Below are positions 58,610 through 64,000 of a stretch of 64,000 nucleotides of DNA, one piece after another (position 1 is the stretch's first letter; every line of letters starts with the position of its first letter). The stretch spans positions 1 through 64,000 of the forward strand of contig UYFQ01000177.1 in the NCBI GenBank assembly GCA_900617105.1. Reading direction: 5' to 3'. Under the pieces are notes generated by a model that had not been told where the DNA came from, ran no database searches, and saw only the letters and a program-made list of their open reading frames with translations. The translations under genes were made by a program, and so were the position numbers. Source of the DNA: Hydrurus foetidus. Lineage: Eukaryota.

Positions 58610-59672
58610 ATGCGCCGAAGCGACGCCGATTCTATCGATGAGGCCCTGCCCCCGACAACCCCGCCTCGACCTTCCTGTCGGGCTTTGGCACCTTGCCGGA
58701 GCCCGATGTGGCCGCAGGGCGCCCGGCAGCGCTGTTCGATGTCTGCCACGTCGTGGTGCTGCGCGCGATGCTGTTCGCGCACGCCGTGCTCGCCGTCGGT
58801 GTCCTCACTGTGGCCACCTTCGACGCCTGGGTCCTGAGCTTCGCGCTTGGCACCGGCATCGTGACGCCGGCCCTGCTGGCCTGGCTGATCGTGGCCTGCG
58901 CGTTGAAGGCGCCTCTGGCGAGGTTTCCGGTCGGGCCGCAGGCGGTCGTGATCGGCGCGCTGGGGCCTTGTGCGCCATGGGCGGCTGGCAGCTGAGCGCT
59001 CAGTTCGGCCTGAGCGAGCTCGAGCGCATCGCCCGCTGGGCCGGTGCTGGCAGGCGCCGGCATGGCGCTGGTGATGTTGCAATGGCTGCGCATGCGGGCA
59101 CTGGCGCGCACCCGGCCGACACCGCGGCCAAGCTGGCCGAGCTGCAATCGCGGATCCGGCCGCACTTCCTGTTCAACACCCTGAATTCGGCGCTGGTTCT
59201 GGTGCGCCATGACCCACAGCGCGCCGAGGCCGTGCTGGAAGACCTGGCTGAACTGCTCCGCGTTGCGCTGACTGAAGTGGGCGAGTCGGTGTCGCTGAAC
59301 GAAGAAGTCGAGCTGGCGCTACGCGGCGATAGAGCAGATCCGCTTCGGCGAGCGGCTGGCCGTGACCTGGGAACTCGACCCGGCCGCCGGCGCGCATGCC
59401 GCCCCTGCTGCGCAGCCGCTGGTCGAGAACGCGGTGCGGCACGGTATCGAGACCGCCGATGACGGCGGCACGATCCGCGTGCGCACCTGGGTCAAGGGCG
59501 GCCGCGCCGTGATCTCGATCGCCAACAGCGTGCCCGCCACCGCATCGCGGCCGGGTTGGGCATGGCGCTGAACAACGTGCAGGAGCGGCTGCGGCTGATG
59601 CACGATGTGAACGCGCACGAGAGTCGGCGCGATGCCGACAGCTTCCGCGTGCAGATCGTGGTGCCGCTGTGA
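58610..59672 (+). CDS. AlgZ/FimS-like LytS-type sensor kinase (frameshifted)
   Basis: [26 protein letters not shown]. Confidence 0.8.
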
Positions 59673-60505
59673 GCGGTTCAGCCCCTCCGCCTCGCACCCG
59701 CTGCGCGTGCTGCTGGTCGATGACGAGGCTGGCGCGGCTTCGGCTGCGCACGTTGCTCGCCGACTGCAGAGAGCCCGGTGCGACCGTGGCGGGTGAGGTC
59801 GCCAACGCGGCACAGGCGCTGGAATGGCTGCAGGCGGCGGCTACCGGCAACGAGCCCGACCATCGCCCGTGCGACCTGGTGTTGCTGGACGTCCAGATGC
59901 CGGGCGCGATGGCACCCAACTGGCCGAAGAGTTGCGTGCCCCCGGCCACACCGGCGGTGGTGTTCGTGACTGCGCATGCCGGCCACGCGCTGAAGGCCTT
60001 CGACCTGGAAGCGGTGGACTACCTGATCCAAGCCGGTGCGCCGCGAGCGGCTGCAACTGGCCTTTGCAGCGGTCGCAGCGCGGCTCGCGCCGATCGCCGC
60101 CGCTGCCGACGCCATGGTTCAGCCCGACCCCGTGCTGGTGGTGAGCGAACGCGGCCGTGCGTGCGTGCCGCTGGCCGAGGTGCTGTACCTGAAGGCCGAG
60201 CTGAAATACGTGACGCTGCGCACCGCTGCCCACACCCATGTGCTCGACGATGCCCTGAGCGATCTCGAACAACGGCTGGGCCTGCGCTTTTGCGGGTGCA
60301 CCGCAATGCGCTGGTCGCCCGCTCAGCCATCATCGCACTCGAACGCCGCGCGCTCAACGACAAGCGGGCAGCGAGGGCGACGACGCCGAAGACGGCCCGG
60401 CAAGCGACTGCTGGGCGGTCAAGGTGGCCCCGGTGGGTGAATGGCTGGCCGTGTCACGCCGCCAGGCCAGTGCAGTGCGCGGCGCTGGCGGCCAGCGGGC
60501 TGTAG
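59669..60505 (+). CDS. AlgR-like LytTR response regulator (frameshifted)
   Basis: LLDVQMPG, VVFVTA, AVDYL, KAELKYV, RVHRNALV. Confidence 0.8.
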   Translation: MSGSAPPPRTRCACCWSMTRLARLRLRTLLADCREPGATVAGEVANAAQALEWLQAAATGNEPDHRPCDLVLLDVQMPGAMAPNWPKSCVPPATPAVVFVTAHAGHALKAFDLEAVDYLIQAGAPRAAATGLCSGRSAARADRRRCRRHGSARPRAGGERTRPCVRAAGRGAVPEGRAEIRDAAHRCPHPCARRCPERSRTTAGPALLRVHRNALVARSAIIALERRALNDKRAARATTPKTARQATAGRSRWPRWVNGWPCHAARPVQCAALAASGL

Positions 60506-60530
60506 GCCCGCCAGGCCTGGCCGGGCAACC

Positions 60531-62558
60531 TCACCCGGTGTTGCGCAGCCCGCTGCCACCCCATTGATCGAGATGTGGATGCCGCGCTGCATACGCTCGT
60601 TGCCGGCCGCCTTCGCGGCGCTGGCGATGGCGGCGCATCAGCTCGACCTGCAGGTGGTTCAGCGGGCGAGGTAGGGGAACCGGTGCTGGATCGAACGCGC
60701 GAGCGAGGGGTTGGAGGCGAGCCGATCGGTGTGGCCCGTGATCAGCGTGAGGGCCCGTTGGTCAGCGCCCACTGGCCTGAATCAACCCGAAGATGCGTTT
60801 GCCGAGCTTCTTGTCTTCGACCAGTTCCACATACCGCGCAGCGATGCCGAGGTCACTTTGGCGATCACCATGTCGAGTTGGACAGCAGCGTCTGGAAGAA
60901 CGGCCACTGCTTGTGCATAACGCTGCAGCAGCGCCAGGCGCTCGGCGCGGGTGGCGGCATCGCGGGTCAGGAAGGAGTTGATCGCCGCCAAAGCCGCACC
61001 AGCCGGGCAAGGCCAGGCGGCACTGGCCCCAGCTGAAGCCCCAGGGGATGGCGCGCAGGTCTTCGATCGCGTTGGTCGCCTTGCGCGCCGCAGGGCGCGA
61101 GCCGATGTTGAGCCCGCGATCTCGCGGATCGGCGTCGCGCTGAAGAAGTACTCGGTGAATCCGGGCGTTTCGTAGACCAGCTTGCGGTAAGCGGCGTAGC
61201 TGGCCTCGCTGATGGCCGCAGCCGCGTCGAGGAAGCTCTTGGCGCGCCCATGCGACCGGCTTTCTGCCCCCGCGCTGGCCGACTTGGTGGGTTGCAGCAG
61301 CGTGGCTTCCAGCGTGGCGGCGACCAGGGTTTCCAGGTTGCGCCGGCCGATCTCGGGGTTGGCGTATTTGGAGCCAATCACTTCACCTTGTTCGGTCAGG
61401 CGGATCTGGCCGCGCACGGTGCCGGGGGGCTGGGCCAGGATGGCCTGGTAGCTGGGGCCGCCGCCACGGCCTACCGTGCCGCCACGGCCATGGAACATGC
61501 GTAGCTGGATCTTGTGCTGCTTGTCCAGCACGTCGAACAACTCCACCAGCGCGATCTCGGCGCGGTACAGCTCCCAGTTGCTGGTGAAGATGCCGCCGTC
61601 TTTGTTGGAGTCGGAGTAGCCCAGCATGATGTCCTGCTCGGAACCACTGCGCTTAACCAGATCGGCCACGCCGGGCAGGGCGTAGAACTCGCGCATGATG
61701 GGCGCGGCGTTGCGCAGGTCTTCAATGGTTTCGAACAGCGGCACCACGATCAGGTCGGCCACGGAGCCACCAGGCGACCCTGCTGATGTTTCGGCGTCAT
61801 CCAGCGCCCCGCATCAGGCCGCTTTCCTTCATCAGCAGCAGCACCTCGAGCAGATCGCTCGTCTCCTCGGTGTGCGAGATGATGCAGTGGCGCAGTGCGT
61901 CGGGGCCGTAGCGTCGGCGCATCTCCAGCGCGGTTTCGAAGATGGCCAGCTCACGGCCAGCTCGCTGTAGGACGCGGCCCGCACCCGCAACGGCCGGCAT
62001 CGTTGAGCAGCTTCAGCAGCACCGTGCGCCGGGCGGCTTCATCGAGCGCTGAATAGTTCGGCTCAATCTTCGCCACGCGCATCAGTTCAGCCAGCACGGC
62101 TTCGTGTTTGTCCGAGCTTTGCCGCAGATCGACGGTGGCCAGGTGGAACCCGAACACCTGCACGCGCGCATCAGCGGCCGCAGGTTGCGCGGCCAGCGCC
62201 TGGGCATGGTGCGCATTCAGCGACGCCTCGATCACCTGCAGGTCGGCCAGAAACTCCTTGCCAGCAGGTAGGGGTTTTGCGGGGCACCGCATGGCGCAGC
62301 GGCCTCGGTGCCGGTGAGCTTTTCAGTGCAGCGGCCAGCCGGGCGTAGATGCCGGTCAGGGCGCGGCGGTAGGGCTCGTCCATGCGGTGCGGATTGTGGT
62401 CGGGGGAGCGCTCGGCCAACGCGCGCATCTCGGGCGTGCAGTCGGCCAGCATGGCGGAGATGGACAGCTCAGCACCCAGGCGGTGCACCTCGGTCAGGTA
62501 GCGCAGCACTGTCTTCGGCCTGGCGCCAGCGCGGTCTGCAGGGTGGTGGCGGTGACGT

Positions 62559-62590
<32 letters not shown>

Positions 62591-63336
62591 TTGCCCATGC
62601 GGAAGAAGCTGGCGATCGGGTGGCCCGGCAGTGCGCCTCGATGTCGCGGCATCCGCGGATCTGCGCAGGAAGGTGGATTGGTAATAGCTGAGCGCGTTCT
62701 CGATCTCGTCGGCCACGGTCAGCTTGGTGTTGCGCAGCATCCGCGTCTGCCACAGCTGGGTGACGCGGGCGCGGATCAGTGCCCGTTGTCGGACCGCTCG
62801 CGCTCGATGCGCAGGTGATCGCGCTGCTCGACCAGCTCGGCGATCGCGCGCTCGGCGTCGAGGATGCTCTTGCGCTGCACCTCGGTCGGGTGGGCGGTCA
62901 GCACCGGCGAGATGTAGGCGTGCTCGAGCGTGCGCACGATGTCGGCGGCGCGAATGTCGGCCGCGGCCAGCCGCTCGAAGGTCAGCGCGAGTGAGCCCTG
63001 CTGCAGGTCGCCGTAGCGCCTGCGCTTCGCGCAGCCGCACCTGGTGGCGATCTTCGGCAATGTTCGCCAAGTGCGAGAAGTAACTGAAGGCGCGGATCAC
63101 GCTCACGGTCTGGTCGCCCGACAGGTTCTTCAGCAGCCGATCCAGCGCGCGGCCTGCCTGCGCGTCACGCTTGAGTCGGTAGCCCACCGACAACTTGCAC
63201 CCGCTCGACCAGCCGAACGCCTCCTTGCCTTCTTGCTCGCGGATCACATCGCCGAGGATGCGGCCGAGCAACCGGATGTCCTCGACCAGCGGTCGGTTCT
63301 TGTCGGCAGCGGCCGCGTGCGGTGTTTTCTGGGCAT
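60531..63336 (-). CDS. ppc: Phosphoenolpyruvate carboxylase (frameshifted)
   Basis: [45 protein letters not shown]-terminal AAGLRNTG; start approximate. Confidence 0.92.
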
Positions 63337-63412
63337 GGTGGGTCGGTTCGACTGGGTTTCGTGGCGGGCGTTTACGGATGGCTGCAAGACTCGCGCCTGC
63401 TAGCATTCCCGG

Positions 63413-64000
63413 ATGAGCTCACACATCATCATCGCCACCGGGAAAGCCGTCTCGCGCTGTGGCAGGCCGAATACGTCCGCGATCTGTTGAAAGCTGCTTC
63501 GGCCTCAGCGTCGAACTGCTCGGCATGACCACGCGTGGCGACGAGATTCTGACCGCACGCTGTCGAAGGTCGGCGGCAAGGGCCTGTTCGTGAAAGAGCT
63601 CGAAACCGCGCTCGAAGAGGGCCGCGCGCAACTGGCGGTGCATTCGCTCAAGATGTGCCGATGGACCTGCCCGATGGCTTCGAGCTGGCCGCGGTGCTCG
63701 AGCGCGAGGATCCGCGCGATGCGTTCGTGTCGAACACCTACATGTCCTTCGCCGATCTGCCGCAGGCGCCAAGGTCGGCACGTCGAGCCTGCGCCGCGTG
63801 GTGCAGCTGAGAGCACTGCGCCCGACCTGCTGGTGGAGGAAGCGCGGCAACCTCGATACCCGTCTGCGCAAGCTCGACGAAGGCCAGTACGACGCGATCG
63901 TGCTGGCAGCCGCCGGCTGAAACGGCTGGGCATGGCCCACGCATCCGCAGCAATTTGCCACCGACCAGATGCTGCCCTGCGCCGGACAAGGTGCACTCGG
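63413..64000 (+). CDS. hemC: Hydroxymethylbilane synthase, partial (frameshifted)
   Basis: [53 protein letters not shown]. Confidence 0.92.

Noticed and set aside
57106..64000. Programmed frameshifting or mass pseudogenisation of argH, ppc and hemC
   Set aside because: The indels are too many, irregular and spread over housekeeping genes; sequence error is far more parsimonious.

Overview
GC-rich betaproteobacterial chromosome segment (Comamonadaceae, Rhodoferax-like by gene content and order; taxonomy is inference). The core genes are lolC/E-lolD-tatD-spermidine-synthase-like-gspE-tctBA, ahpCF with an OxyR box, dusC, gshA, rbgA, pbpC, alpha-2-macroglobulin, cheV, ltaE, argH, algZ/algR, ppc and hemC. 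Accessory or unusual elements: (1) a dispersed repeat with an indel-free 43-bp core (NAGC-N22-GCTM-N9-TAGC), present 11 times, between genes, over stop codons and in frame inside lolD, pbpC (twice) and a2m; (2) a three-cassette attC array with no integrase (LprI-like, brnTA, VOC) ending in an IS1182 remnant; (3) a duplicated three-box DnaA module at 36.2-36.4 kb; (4) about 7.2 kb of accessory genes splitting a2m from pbpC, including a fitA/vapC toxin-antitoxin pair coupled to pbpC and an AT-richer RsbQ/KAI2-like hydrolase plus PAS-GGDEF module; (5) deletion-eroded nhaR/sbtA and YwqK-like pseudogenes. The a2m 3' part and everything from about 57.4 kb carry many single-base indels, most likely long-read or assembly errors and possibly a chimeric consensus. 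No rRNA, tRNA or CRISPR array was seen. Family assignments come from recognising motifs by eye, not from database searches.
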